64,000 bases of DNA from Marsupella aquatica. Lineage: Eukaryota; Plantae; Marchantiophyta. The stretch spans positions 8,497,241-8,561,240 of the forward strand of contig OZ316899.1 of assembly GCA_973895155.1 (NCBI GenBank), read 5' to 3'. Within the stretch, counting starts at the first letter, position 1; every line of letters begins with the position of its first letter. A program made the position numbers and the translations under genes. Below the pieces are notes generated by a model. The model saw nothing but the letters and a program-made list of their open reading frames with translations. It was not told where the DNA came from and did no database searches. Below, one piece after another: positions 1-11,558 of this stretch.

Positions 1-40
1 TTCACACCTACTTTTGTTTGTTTTGGTTTTGGTGGAATAG

Positions 41-846
41 GTATCCAATAGGCCTAGAACTGCGGCACAAGCACCCTATGTCCCATCACAAGGTGTTCTA
101 GATGCTATAGGCAATGAGCCTTGGGTCTAGCGGCAAGGGCCACTAGTCCTAGGGAAGTTGGGGTTGAGGCTATTGTCCCAAGAGGGAGAAAGCGTTCCAA
201 GAGGCGGGCCGGAGGGGATACTGATTTGTACAAGGCAGTGGTTACGGGTAGGTGGGGTGGTTGTGAGTTCATTGGCAGATGTGTCCCTATCATCAAGGAC
301 TGGGATCTTGAGACTCTTGGTTTGCCACAACAACTTTCCTACGGTGAGGAGGTAGAGGTTTGGGGTAGACGTTGGGTTATCAAACCTTCCACACTTGGGG
401 ATAGACATGGCTATGGAGTTTTTGCCTGTGAGGACATCATTGTGGACGCCGAGAGTGGTAGAGGTGGACGCGGCCGAGAGGGGCCTACTTTGTTTCCTTA
501 TGGTGGACCCATCTACAAGAGAAGACATTGGAACATGATCCTTGCACAACACCCTGAGTGGAAGACTTATGCATTGGACATGGATACTTTTGATGGAAAC
601 ACTACAAGGTATAGTGAGCAGCGTGTCATAGATGGGGACCCCATACGGACTGGGAATATTGCTGGTTTCATAAACAGTACCGTGGGGACTCACCCTAAGC
701 GTAAGCAAAATTGTGAGTGGGATTTCATTGAGGGTCCTCCGCCAGCACCTTATGGCCAGACATATCATCATGACCATTGCCTAGTTGTAGCGACGAGGAC
801 CATTAACTCAGGGGATGAGTTATTTACTCACTATGAGTGGGATTAG
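41..846 (+). pseudogene. SET-domain (lysine methyltransferase-like) coding exon upstream of the CACTA transposase
   Basis: ORF 121-846 has SET motifs in order: GYGVFA, PYGG, YAL..IDG, GNIAGFINS (cf. RFINHS), VVATRTINSGDELFTHY (cf. GEELTFDY). Pyrimidine-rich tract + AG at 39-40 suggests an exon start at 41, with a probable frameshift near 118-121. Confidence 0.8.
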
Positions 847-1020
847 GGTTAAGTTAAGGGTCATAGGTGGTATGTTGCATATCAAATGACACTACATATG
901 GCCTTTGGCCACATTTTGTATTTGCACCACAACCAATATTATTTCATTTTTGCACACCCCTAGCCCATTTTTGTGTGTTCTCTTTGCAATATAACTTTCA
1001 ATTGTTTGCTTTGTTTTTAG

Positions 1021-4000
1021 AATGTGCGACCCTCTCCAAATATGTTACCACGGAGATTGAGAGCAACATATCAAGAAATGGGTATGCCAGAAGAAGGACA
1101 TGGATCAGAGTCACACTCCTCATCAAGTGCTAGTGGAAGCAATAACCCTGATGAAGAGGTACCTCAGACGGATGAACAAGTAACTGATGACCAGGATAGC
1201 GCCATGGATGACATTATGGTTGATTGGTTTGGTGCCAACAACCCTGGTGATGACCTTCCCAATGAAGGGCAGGTGCCCCCCAATGATCCACGCCCAAGAC
1301 ATACCCCTGAGGGACAACGCCAATGGGAAGAAGCAGAGGAACATGCTCGAACACCTATCTATGAGGGTGCTCGTTTGAGTCGTCTTTCAGCCATCTTGGG
1401 GTTGATGAACCTACAGGCCAAACACAAGGCAAGCAATGCCTTGTTATCTGATATGTTTGCACTTTGCCATGACCTTATGTTACCCACTGAGAATGTGTTG
1501 TCAGCAACTTGGAAAGAGGCAAAGAGTGTTCTCTCATCTATTGGCATGGAATATCATATTGTTCATGCATGTGTGAATGATTGCATGTTATTTCATGGGG
1601 CCAATGCAAACATGACACAATGTACAACATGTGATAAGCCTCGCTATGACCCCAACATGCTAACAAAGAAGGTGCCAAGGAAGGTTGTTCGTTGGTTTCC
1701 CATCATTCCTTGGTTGTTGCACATGTATCGGTGTTCTGACTTGGCAGAGTTGATGGTATGGCATAAGACTCATTGATCAGAGTCTGGTGTCATGCGGTTG
1801 CCAGTTGACTCCCCTGCTCACAAACATATTGAGGCAACATGGCCAGACTTTGCACATGATCCTCGCCATGTGAGGCTAGGATTGGCATCTGATGGAGTTA
1901 GCCCTCATTCACTTGGAGGAAAGGGGCAACCTACATCAGTTTGGCCTATGGTTGTCATGAATTATTACCTCCCACCATTGCTATCCATGAAGAAGGGGTT
2001 CCTTTTATTGTCTTTGATTATCCCAGGTCCAAAAAAGGTGAAAAACTTTGACACTTACTTGGCACTATTGGTTGGAGAACTTCAAAAATTATGGGATGGA
2101 GTGTGAGCATATGATGGTAGGAAAATTACAGGAGGTTTTCCACGTGTCTTTCAATTGAGAGGGATCATTTGTTGGACAATGCATGACTATCCTGGTAAGA
2201 TGACTTCCATGCCATTTGCAACCCTTCAATAATGTGTAGTTCCTATTGTTGTTTCTCATGTGACAACCCTAACATAAAGTTTGCATGGTTTGATTTCTTT
2301 TGTGTAAGCAGGGTTTGGTTTTGTCTCTGGATTGCAAACTCAGGGGTACAAAGCTTGCTCTACTTGTGGCCCAAGCTTAGAGGACATGGTCACATATTGG
2401 TCATGGATTAGAAAGATTGTTTATATTGGGCATACAAAGTTTCTTCCCATGAGGCATGAGATGAGGTTTGACCCACTTCTATTCTCCTCCTTTGACATGC
2501 CATTTGGTGACCGATGAACATGAAATTCCTGATGCAACAAGTTTTGCACATTGGAAGTCACTAGCTGATAGGGTGGCAGACCCAAATGATTCCTTCACCT
2601 TTGATAGGACAGGTTTGACCAGGTGGAGTATACTAGCCACTTTGCCCTATTGGTCTGAGTTGAAGATCCGCCATCTCTTAGACCCCATGCACATAGAGGG
2701 AAATGTGGGGAAGGCTTTGATAAAGCATTTTTATGGGGAGAAGGACACTAATTTTAGGGAGGCATGCGAGGAGATGGAAATGCATCCAGATGTTTGGGTG
2801 ACAACTGATCCTATCACAGGTGTGGAGAATTGTCCTTCTGCTCCTTGGGTGTTGAGTGTTGGCCAAAGACGTGAATTTTGGAACCGTATAGGAGAGATGC
2901 GGTTTCCTACAGGCTATGGTGCCAACCTTTGGAAAGCTTTTGGGATGGAGGACAATCACAAGTGGCCATGATATCTGAAGACACATGACTATCATCGCCT
3001 ATTGCAGCATATATAGCTAGTGGCAATTATAGGTATAGGGAGTGAAGAAGTGCAAGATGCCATCTGGTCATTGGGTCATTTGTTGAGATGGAAATGCTCA
3101 AAGGAGCAATATGTAGAAGAGATCCCTGGGATGGAGGTATTGGTAGCTGAGGTGGTATGCAAGTTGGAGAAAGCCCTTCCTCCTTCCTTCTTTGATTGTC
3201 AGGTTCATTTACTTGTGCATCTTGTGCGGGAGGTTGCCATTGTTGGTCCAGTGCATTGTAGATGGATGTATTGGCTTGAGCGTTACATGGCGGTGTTGAA
3301 GGCTTATGTACGTAACCGTGCACGGGTGGAGGGAAGCATAGCTACATGATACTTGGCAGCAGAGAGTATGTTTTATTGTAGTAACATCTTGGCCACCATT
3401 GATCCTACTTGTCCACGTACTTGGATGGAATAAAGAGAAGAGGAGGAGGACCGTTTAACAGGTGCCACAAAAACACGCATGTTGACATCAACAGAGTGGT
3501 CATAGTGGACAACATTTATGTTGAGTAATAGTAATATCATGGAGAAATGGAGAGAGCTTTATGAGAATGCCAAGAGAACAAGTCAAAGAGCAAGAATTTA
3601 TCCTAAGATGCATGAGTATATGAAGCAAAAGTTGCTTGAGTTGGATGACATGGTGACACAAGGAGGAGATGTGTCCCACTTTCCTACCATCACAGATGAC
3701 GTTCAGACCATTGTTCATGGCCCTTTGAGAGTGGTGACATCCAAGACGGCTATGTGGACACAAGGGAGACACTTCAGGTCCACTAGTACCTAACATTTCT
3801 TCCTCTATTAATTCATGTAGACCTTATTTTGATTAGTTATTTCTATTGTTTAAACACTTTCTATTATCATTAATGACATCCATAACTATAATGTTGGCTT
3901 CTATATTTATGCCATAGGCCATGTGGGTTTTGGCTATTTAGGGATGGGTGTCATATTTTGATGATTATTACATTAATGGTATCTTTTGTGTAATAAAAAT

Positions 4001-4512
4001 TTGTGGGTTTTGTTAATTTCAGGGTTTCTTCCCTTGATGAGAAGAGGGGTCGTACTTTTGATTGTGGAGTTCAAGGGGAATTTTCTCAAGACTCCAGAAG
4101 TAACCGCCATGACAGGAACATTGTTAGAGATGTTGTGCCACACTATGGGAAGATAGAGGAGATCTTGGTGGTATCATATGACAACCATTCAAAGTTTGAG
4201 GAATATGTCTTCAAGTGCAAGTGGTTCAAAGTGAACCTTGTTGGTCAAAATTGCACTGTACTTCAAGATGAGAGTGGGTTTACACGGTTGAAGACAAGTG
4301 CCACTAGTGTTCAAGCATCTCATTGGCAAACATCAGAACCATTTGCTTTCCCATCACACTTGGAGCAATGTTTCTACATTCCATACCCCTTAGACACCGA
4401 GTGGTCAATTGTCATCATCTATGTGCCACGTTCTCGTTCCATTGTTTCTGAGAAGCCAGATGTTATTGTATCAGACCTAGATGACCTTGAGGCCGATGAG
4501 GACCAAGTGTGA
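1021..4512 (+). pseudogene. CACTA/EnSpm TnpD-type transposase (Transposase_21, DUF4218, DUF4216 regions), disrupted
   Basis: Motifs IVHACVNDCMLF, RHVRLGLASDG, DYPG/FGFVSGLQTQGYKAC, LDPMHIEGNV, FFDCQVHLLVHL, RWMYWLERYM, YGKIEEI, FKCKWF. GT-AG introns at 2195-2311 and 3778-4022 restore the frame. Several in-frame stops (1774, 2104, 2969, 3347) and a frameshift near 2500. Confidence 0.92.
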
Positions 4513-6513
4513 GGGACATATTTATATGCACTTGGGTCCAGCCTAGACATTTGTTCATGTTATATTTGATTTGTTCATGTTTGGTGATATAAAAAAAATT
4601 ATTGCCTATATTTATATTTGTCATTCACTTTTGAATGAGTCATACTCATGACATATGTATTGTATTGTTTTATTGTGATCACTTGTGAATTTTACATGCA
4701 ACTTTCTATCTAACCTTTGTTGCTCAATATAACTTTATTTCCTACTTATTCCATAATTTTCATTGTCACCCTCATGTTTCCCTCCTCCGTGGTACGTCTG
4801 TCCCTCCTCCTCCCTTCCTCTTTCTCCTCCCTCCTTCCTCTTCCATTGTACTCCCTCCTTTTCCATCTTTCATTGTACCTCCCTCCATCCTCCCTTCCTC
4901 TTCCCTCCTGCCCCATCCATATATTGGACCATCCACCCTCTTCATTAATTGTCTCACCTCACAATAATCTTAATTTTTAGTTTGCGAACAATTTGCGAAG
5001 CTCACAAAATCTCACCGAACTCGCAATTTCTATGAAGCTTCTCGTTTCTCAATATTTTCATACTATACTATTTGCAAACTTAATTGTGATGCAAAATCAA
5101 TCACAAATTTCAAATTCTCACCGTTTCGCAAATCTTCCATCCTCCGACATTCTTAAACTTGTCAAACAACTACTATCGCAAAACATTTTCAATCCAACCT
5201 TCTTCGCAAATATTTACATCAATTAGTTTTGGAGTCGGCGAGCGATTTTGGCATCTTCAGAAGGCGCCTTTCCATTCGGCGCGTTTCGGCAAAACTTGCA
5301 AAATCACTTACTTCACAACGTATTAGCGATATAATGCGCTTCAAGTATTATCTTTGCGATAGGGATAGAATCGCAAATTGCGATGCGGGTTGATTCACAA
5401 ATTATGCCAAGCGCCGCCCATCGGAAATACAAGAGCGTCGACAAAAATACCTTCGCAAAAGTGTCAAATATGTTTGTAGTGCCAGCGAATAAAAATGAGT
5501 CATGGCAATGTGACTGAATTGGGGTAAGACGGGAAGATCTACAAAGCTCATCCACTCATTGGATACTATAAGGTGGGAGGTGAAGTAGGGATTGAAGATC
5601 ACACACATCTCATTCCTCTCCGTATCGTGCCATCTTGCCATTTGGAGAAAGGTAACCAGACGAGGAAGGGTATACTTCCCATAGTTGGCTTGGATCTCCC
5701 TTGTCGCCCAAGACTTCATAATTACCTCCACTAAATCAAAAACTTTCCTATGTAATGCTAAACTATAGAACTAGTGAAGTCTCCATGCTGGGCAGTCGGG
5801 ATGCGTGGTGTTTGCATCCGCCATTAGCACTATGTAATGAGGGTGGCCAGTGTGCTCTCTATCCAGTTTGGATAGCAAGATTTGCGTGACTCTGATGTTG
5901 GCCCTCCCTCTTAATCTAAAGTATAAGTCTTTGGGTTGGGTGAACCCTATAGCTCCTGACCACTCAAAGAATGGCAGCATAAACCTGATCCGGACCAAGA
6001 TGTCATACCATATCCACTCACAATCGTCTAGGCAAATGGCCCTCTTGCTAATCCCTGCTGTAGCTAAAATAAGACAAAGGGTTTCTAAACCCATAGCTTC
6101 ATCAACCTCGATAGCATGCATTCCGGGATGCTATCTTCTGTCCCATGAATATTCTCCACAAGTTTATGCTCACCTTCTTAAGTTGTTCCAGCTTCCTCTT
6201 GTGCACCGGATCTGCTAGTGCCTCCTTCAATAATTTAGCCATCGTGGCAGCTTTGTCTTGCAAGCTCTGTACTTCTAGATCCTAGACCTTGTAAGTGTCC
6301 TTTGGGATCCAAACCACCTTACTGCATTGCTGGATGAGCTCCTTAGTAGCTACATCTTGCAGCCATCTAGTCCTCTCCCTCTCTTCTTTCTTCTTCTTTT
6401 TCTAACGCAACAACGTATGTCTGCTTCTCCTCTAATTGTCCTTGTAGCTCACAATTGGTTTTCCTCACTTATTGGAGCTTCTTTTCCCACTCTAAGGCCC
6501 CCAATCTGGCTTA

Positions 6514-6856
6514 GGGTATAGCGACGAAGACAAGAAGTAGGTAAACAGGAAATTTTTTCCTGTTTTTAATATGTTGTTACCAGGAAAAAATCACTATTAC
6601 CAGGAAAAATGACAATTTAAAAATGTCTCCTAAAACATGTTATTTCCATAAAAATTAACAATGCAACATTTTTGGCTAGCTTTGGGCGCTAGCAAAAAAA
6701 ACTGATCGACCAAAACAAAAAAAAGTGATTTTCTCAACAAAAAAAATTCCAAAAAAAAATTCCAAAAAAATTCCAAAAAAATTTCCACCCATTTTCCTGT
6801 TACCATTTTCTGTTATTAAATCCTGATTCCTGTTTGCTATCTTTTGTAAACACCTC
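6514..6856. mobile_element. Small non-autonomous DNA transposon (MITE-like), copy 1
   Basis: Flanked by direct repeat CTGGCTTA (6506-6513, 6857-6864). A-rich body with ACAGGAAA/TTCCTGT motifs. Similar in inverted orientation to 10969-11344. Confidence 0.75.
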
Positions 6857-6972
6857 CTGGCTTACGCCTCTTTCTCAGCGAGCACTTCCGTAGTTTTCCC
6901 TTGCGCAGCCAGCTGGTCAAACAACCGAATTGCCAATTGTTCTCCTTCTCCTATTCTCTGCTCCAATTTTTC

Positions 6973-7907
6973 CTTACAACATTTTGTATATTTTTAATAT
7001 AGTGGCCACGAAAACCCTGTGGTAGAGGAGACACACATAGCCAAAAGACACACCCAAACATCCATCAGCAAAAAAGGCCACTCTGAGGCCCAGACCAGGT
7101 GCTCATTACGCCCCATCCACAATGCCCACAACATCTGAAACAACACTACCATCATTACTGTCTTACTATGGTGCCTTCCAATAGCAGAATCCAACAGCCC
7201 AATCAGTCCCCCAGCGTATCCCGCAAACATTCCCCCAAATCCTTGTGCGCAGAGAGCCCAACATTTTGTGCATGTGGGCAGTCCAAGAATAGGTGCACGA
7301 TGGACTCTATTCTTCCCAGGCATAGCTTACTGTCCACACTTCCTTTACCAATCTTAACAGCCCTCACCCTAGTGAATAGCCCCAAAGCAATTACCCTCCA
7401 CAGAAAGGTCTTTGCCCGCAGTGACATGCTTGCCCCCCACAACCCTGCCCAGCACACCTTCCATTCCATCTCAGTCTTATTAGTACCCACGTCTTGTTCA
7501 GACTGAGCGCCTCCTCCAAAACTGGTCTTAGTAGGTGGTAAGCTCTCCGATTGGGTAACTTGAAGCACTTCAAAGGGGCAGAATTATCAGCCCAGCACCA
7601 GCAACCGGGTCTTGGTTCAAATCTCCACTCACATTGTGCAATTTCATATAAGGCCTCCATGAAACTCCTGCCAAGAGTCTGGTGCTCAGGTGTGAATCCC
7701 CTCAAATGCTCCCATTGTCCTTCCATCCTTTTCCAATCCTGTCTGTCCTCCGACTAGAGATCCTGTATACATCTTATACCCAATCCCCCGCAGAGCACCG
7801 TAGTAGCAGCCATATCCACATTGCTCCAAGACTGAAAGCCCTTCAGACATCGGAGTACATCCCCAACAGACCACCTCCCCGTTATCCTTCCCGTTGGGCA
7901 AAATATT
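6973..7907 (-). mobile_element. 5'-truncated LINE (L1-type ORF2 C-terminus with zf-RVT)
   Basis: zf-RVT motif KTFLWRVIALGLFT...CLGRIESIVHLFLDCPHA, then LWALWMGRNE. Degenerate A-rich tail near 6975-7000. 14-bp TSD with one mismatch: TGCTCCAATTTTTC (6959-6972) and TGCTCCAATCTTTC (7908-7921). Confidence 0.85.
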
Positions 7908-9634
7908 TGCTCCAATCTTTCAATTTCCCTTTGCAGCTTGTTGGCCTTTTGTTGGGATATAGAGCCACATAACACATGTTGGGCGGTCACCTCCTTTAAC
8001 TCCTCACTAAGTTTCCGTTGGACGACTTGTTTGTGTTGCAACCGCTGGTCCATCTGTTCAATGGCTGCTTTAGTCTTCCGGATCTCAGTTTGTAGATCCG
8101 CTTCTCCTTCTTTGGCGGTGGCCATGCAGTGGCCCCATTCTTCCTCCTTGTCAACCAGCAGTTTTTGCAACTTCTCTCTCTCCTACTGGGCTCTTCCTAG
8201 CTTGATCGTTAGTGCTTGTGTCCCAACCCTCTCTGTCCAGACCTCCTCTTGGGCCTGCTGCAGGGTTGTGGTTGCTTCTTCATTTTTTCTTTCTCTCCTT
8301 CTCTAGTAATTCTTCTGTTTCCGTCAACTGCTTCAATATGATCTTGTTAGATGCAGACTTCTTATGTACCTTTGCAAGGAGTCGCTCAACCTTCTCTACT
8401 GCTTCTCTCAGCTTCTCTAAGTTGCGAGTCTTGCCCTCAGACTCTATGACTATTATCCTTGCCATTGCCTTGGCCTCCTTCAACTCCCTCAACCAGTAGC
8501 GTAGGTCCTTGGTGTTGGGGGCTGGCTTCCCTATAAAAGCCAGGCGTTGGACAAAAGTCTTCAATTCTGCCAGGGTGGTAGTGCCCGGGAGTTCGGACAA
8601 CGTGGGTTGTTGGAAGGTGGCTTCCCTCCTTTCTTCTTCTTCTTCTTCTTCTTCATCTAGGAGGTTCACCGCCCTCCTTTTCCTCTTGAATGAGACTCTT
8701 ACAACATTGTTTGGCTTGCTCGCTCAGGTTCTGTAGGGCCTCTGCTCCTCCTTTGCTTTTTGCATCCAAATTTAGGGGTGCCTCCCCCTCGTCTTCCTCT
8801 TCATTGTCCTCAAAGTCCTCCTTGTTGTACTCCGATGGATCCACATTGATGTTGGTTGTGGATCCCAACGCAATCCCAACTTGCATTGTCCACTGGGCCT
8901 CTACTTGATCTTCAGGCTCCGATTCACCTACGTCTGAATTGTTCGATGGAGCTCTATAGATTGCCTCCTGGACACCAAACACATTGTGCACTACAACCCC
9001 CAATTGATATGCTAATAGCGACGGGAACTTTGAACAGCCCTTTGAATTGATCACAACGGATACACTTGCATTCCATAATTGAAGCGGGTGGAGGCATCCC
9101 ACAAACAAAGCTCTTGTGACAACAATTCTTGGTAATGTGGCGTGATGGTATCCGCTCTTAACCATCACCCACTTGGTGCAAAACTCTATGAAGTTCCGAT
9201 ACTCCCTCTGCTGGATGGCTCCATACTGCATGTTTCCTTGGTTTATCCGAACCTCTGTCTGTTGCAAGAAGGTTGCCATGCCCTCTTTCTTGATTGGGTC
9301 TCTTGGTAAGTGAGCAGCAACTCCCCCGCCCTGGGTAGTCCAAACATGTCACATAGCTTTGGGTTGGAGAAAGTATAAGTCTTCCCCTTGTATGTAATGA
9401 ACATCCCCTCGGGTGACATTGTCACCTTAGTAATTTGCGAGCAAATTTCTCCTGCTTGAGAGGTCAATAGATAGCAGTTTATCTAGACCAAGCCATAAAT
9501 CCTGGCTCTAACGAATATTGCTCGGCTCTCCTCAATGCATTGTACCTCCGTAATGGAGTTGCGGATCTTCTCCTCTAAAGACAGAGCTCCCTTCTTGTTT
9601 TTAGATGGGGGAACCTCTGCTCTCTATGCTCCTG

Positions 9635-11506
9635 AGTCGCAAAATGCGACTACCTTAACACTTAGCTCCGGCGTCACTAACTCTGACGCCAAGCTCCATT
9701 ATGGTCCAGGCCCAGATAGGCCATCCGGGGAGGACTTAGCATGGGGAGACTTGTGGGCAATGAGACATGGCACTAGCGAAGGGGCAAAAAGCCAAGCTGG
9801 TGATACACATTAAGGACTTAGGCTAGCCGAGAGCTGGTCGGGTCAAGGGGAAAAGGGGCCGGGCTCAAGGTCAACCGTCCGGACCCCTGGACGTACTTTG
9901 AGTTCTGAGGACTTGAGTGTGAGTGCCTCTTGGGCCCAAGGTCAATGGAGTTGACGCCATGGGCAACGGACGCTTGGGGCACGAGTTATGGCCCGATCTG
10001 GGTTTGGCCGATTGGGGATCCCAAGTGGCTATGAGACCTGAGGGCCTAGTCATGAGCACTGGGTCGGCCCGATCACAATGGGCTAAGGCACTCCGCTTAC
10101 GGACTCCTAACGAGAAAGTTATGGGCGTTGCCAGTTGGTGGCGCGCCCACTGTGCTCGATAGGATCCGGGTTGGAGGCCAAAAGTTTAGGGACCAAAGTT
10201 GATCTGGGGGTGGCAGGTCTCCAAAAGCATATATGAGGGGAGTGGTGTTTCCCTGGGGGCTAAGGGTGAGCCGAAGTTGTGAGCCGCGGCAGTAGCGACA
10301 CTAAGGGAAAATGCCAAACAGAAACGGTGATATCTTCCCAACGGGAAGTCCGTTGGAGGACTTATTGGGTGCATTGGAAAGCTCTCAAGGAGGGATACAT
10401 ACTCCTGAGCTCATTTGGGTCTGGGGTGCCATGGGTTCTCAAGGTTTGCGGGTCTTAGCCCGCCCGCTTGCCAAATCCTACCGAACAACAGCCAAGCCAC
10501 GTTCAATCTCCCAAGGGAGCTTGCGTTGGGGAGGCAAGGCCAAGTAGGCATGGAGGTTGAGTTCCAAGGGTGATCGGCCCTAGACCATCAGTGGGGAAAA
10601 CCGGGAGTTGGCTGCTAGAGTCGGGGTCATTCTGGTCCCAACGTGTTGGGACAAGCTTTAGGACAAGTTACGCTATTTGGGCCATGAGTATGTCCTTGGG
10701 TCAGGGCGGTCAGTTGGTGATGGATAGGTACAAGGGGGAACCCAGGCCGCGCCCAAGGAAGGAGCTATTTTGGACGAACAGTGGGCGTGGGGTCTGGTTC
10801 TGGCTTATGGCATCGGGAGGACCTATCGCTGACTTATTTTCCAATGTCTGTTGAGCTTGAGTTAGGATGCTAGAATTGGTGAGTTCTAGATCCTGAAGGG
10901 TTACTTACCAAGGTGCTTGGTTGCTTGTGTAGACAATGAGGACCATTGAGTAGCGGTCGTGTTGGAGAGGGGTATTTACAAACGACAGGAAACAGGAAAC
11001 AGTAACAGGAAACAGTAACAGGAAACAGTTACTGGTAACAGGAAAGTGGGTGGTAATTTTTTTGGATTTTTTTTTTTGGATTTTTTTTTGAACATTTTTT
11101 TGGGGGGAATTTTTTTTGTTTTGGTTTGTCATCATCATATTGCTAGCGCCCGAAGCTAACAATAGCAGCGCTTGGCGCTCGCAAAAAAACCCATGATTTT
11201 AATTATTTTGAAAAATAAGACTTTAAATGGTACATTTTTAGATCGTGTTTTTTATTGGTAATAGTAAAATTTCCTGGTAATAGGAAACTTTTTGCTGGTA
11301 CCAGTAATCCTGTTTTCCTGTTTCCTATCTTGGTGGTGATGCCCGTGTTGGAGAGCAAGTGCGGCTTCATATGGGAGAGGCCGCTAGCGGAGCAAGGCGA
11401 ACTAGGTTGCTTGCTCAAGGTATTCCGTGAAGGCGTTTGGGCACCAGGGGCACTAAGGCATGAGTGTTGGGATTGGTGAGGGCACTAGGTGGCAAGGTCC
11501 ACCACT
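9635..11506 (+). repeat. 5' LTR of the chromovirus (contains a MITE insertion)
   Basis: Colinear direct repeat of 15435-16885 apart from the 10969-11344 insert and small indels; ends AGT...ACT. Confidence 0.92.
10969..11344. mobile_element. MITE-like element, copy 2, inserted in the 5' LTR
   Basis: Absent from the 3' LTR (empty site ATGTTGGAGAGCAAG). Duplicated target GTGTTGGAGA(G) on both sides. Ends GGGGTATTTAC...GATGCCC. Confidence 0.85.
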
Positions 11507-11508
11507 TG

Positions 11509-11520
11509 TGGTATCAGAGC
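11509..11520 (+). promoter_or_regulatory. Primer binding site (tRNA-iMet)
   Basis: TGGTATCAGAGC, 2 nt after the LTR end. Confidence 0.93.
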
Positions 11521-11558
11521 GATTGCTAGCATAGACACCGGGCCGGGGTTGTGCTAGG

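Larger units (their letters stand above)
1..5481 (+). mobile_element. CACTA DNA transposon, 3' portion (5' end outside the window)
   Basis: 3' TIR TGTTTGTAGTG at 5471-5481 (reverse complement CACTACAAACA). Subterminal TTCGCAAA/TTTGCGAA-type motifs at about 4981-5460. Transposase upstream. Confidence 0.88.

Noticed and set aside
4717-4980. Leu/Ser/Pro-rich ORFs
   Set aside because: They arise from a CT-rich low-complexity tract in the CACTA 3' region.
9633-9640. Canonical TG start for the chromovirus LTR at 9633
   Set aside because: The 3' LTR lacks the TG at that position, and no matching TSD results from that boundary.
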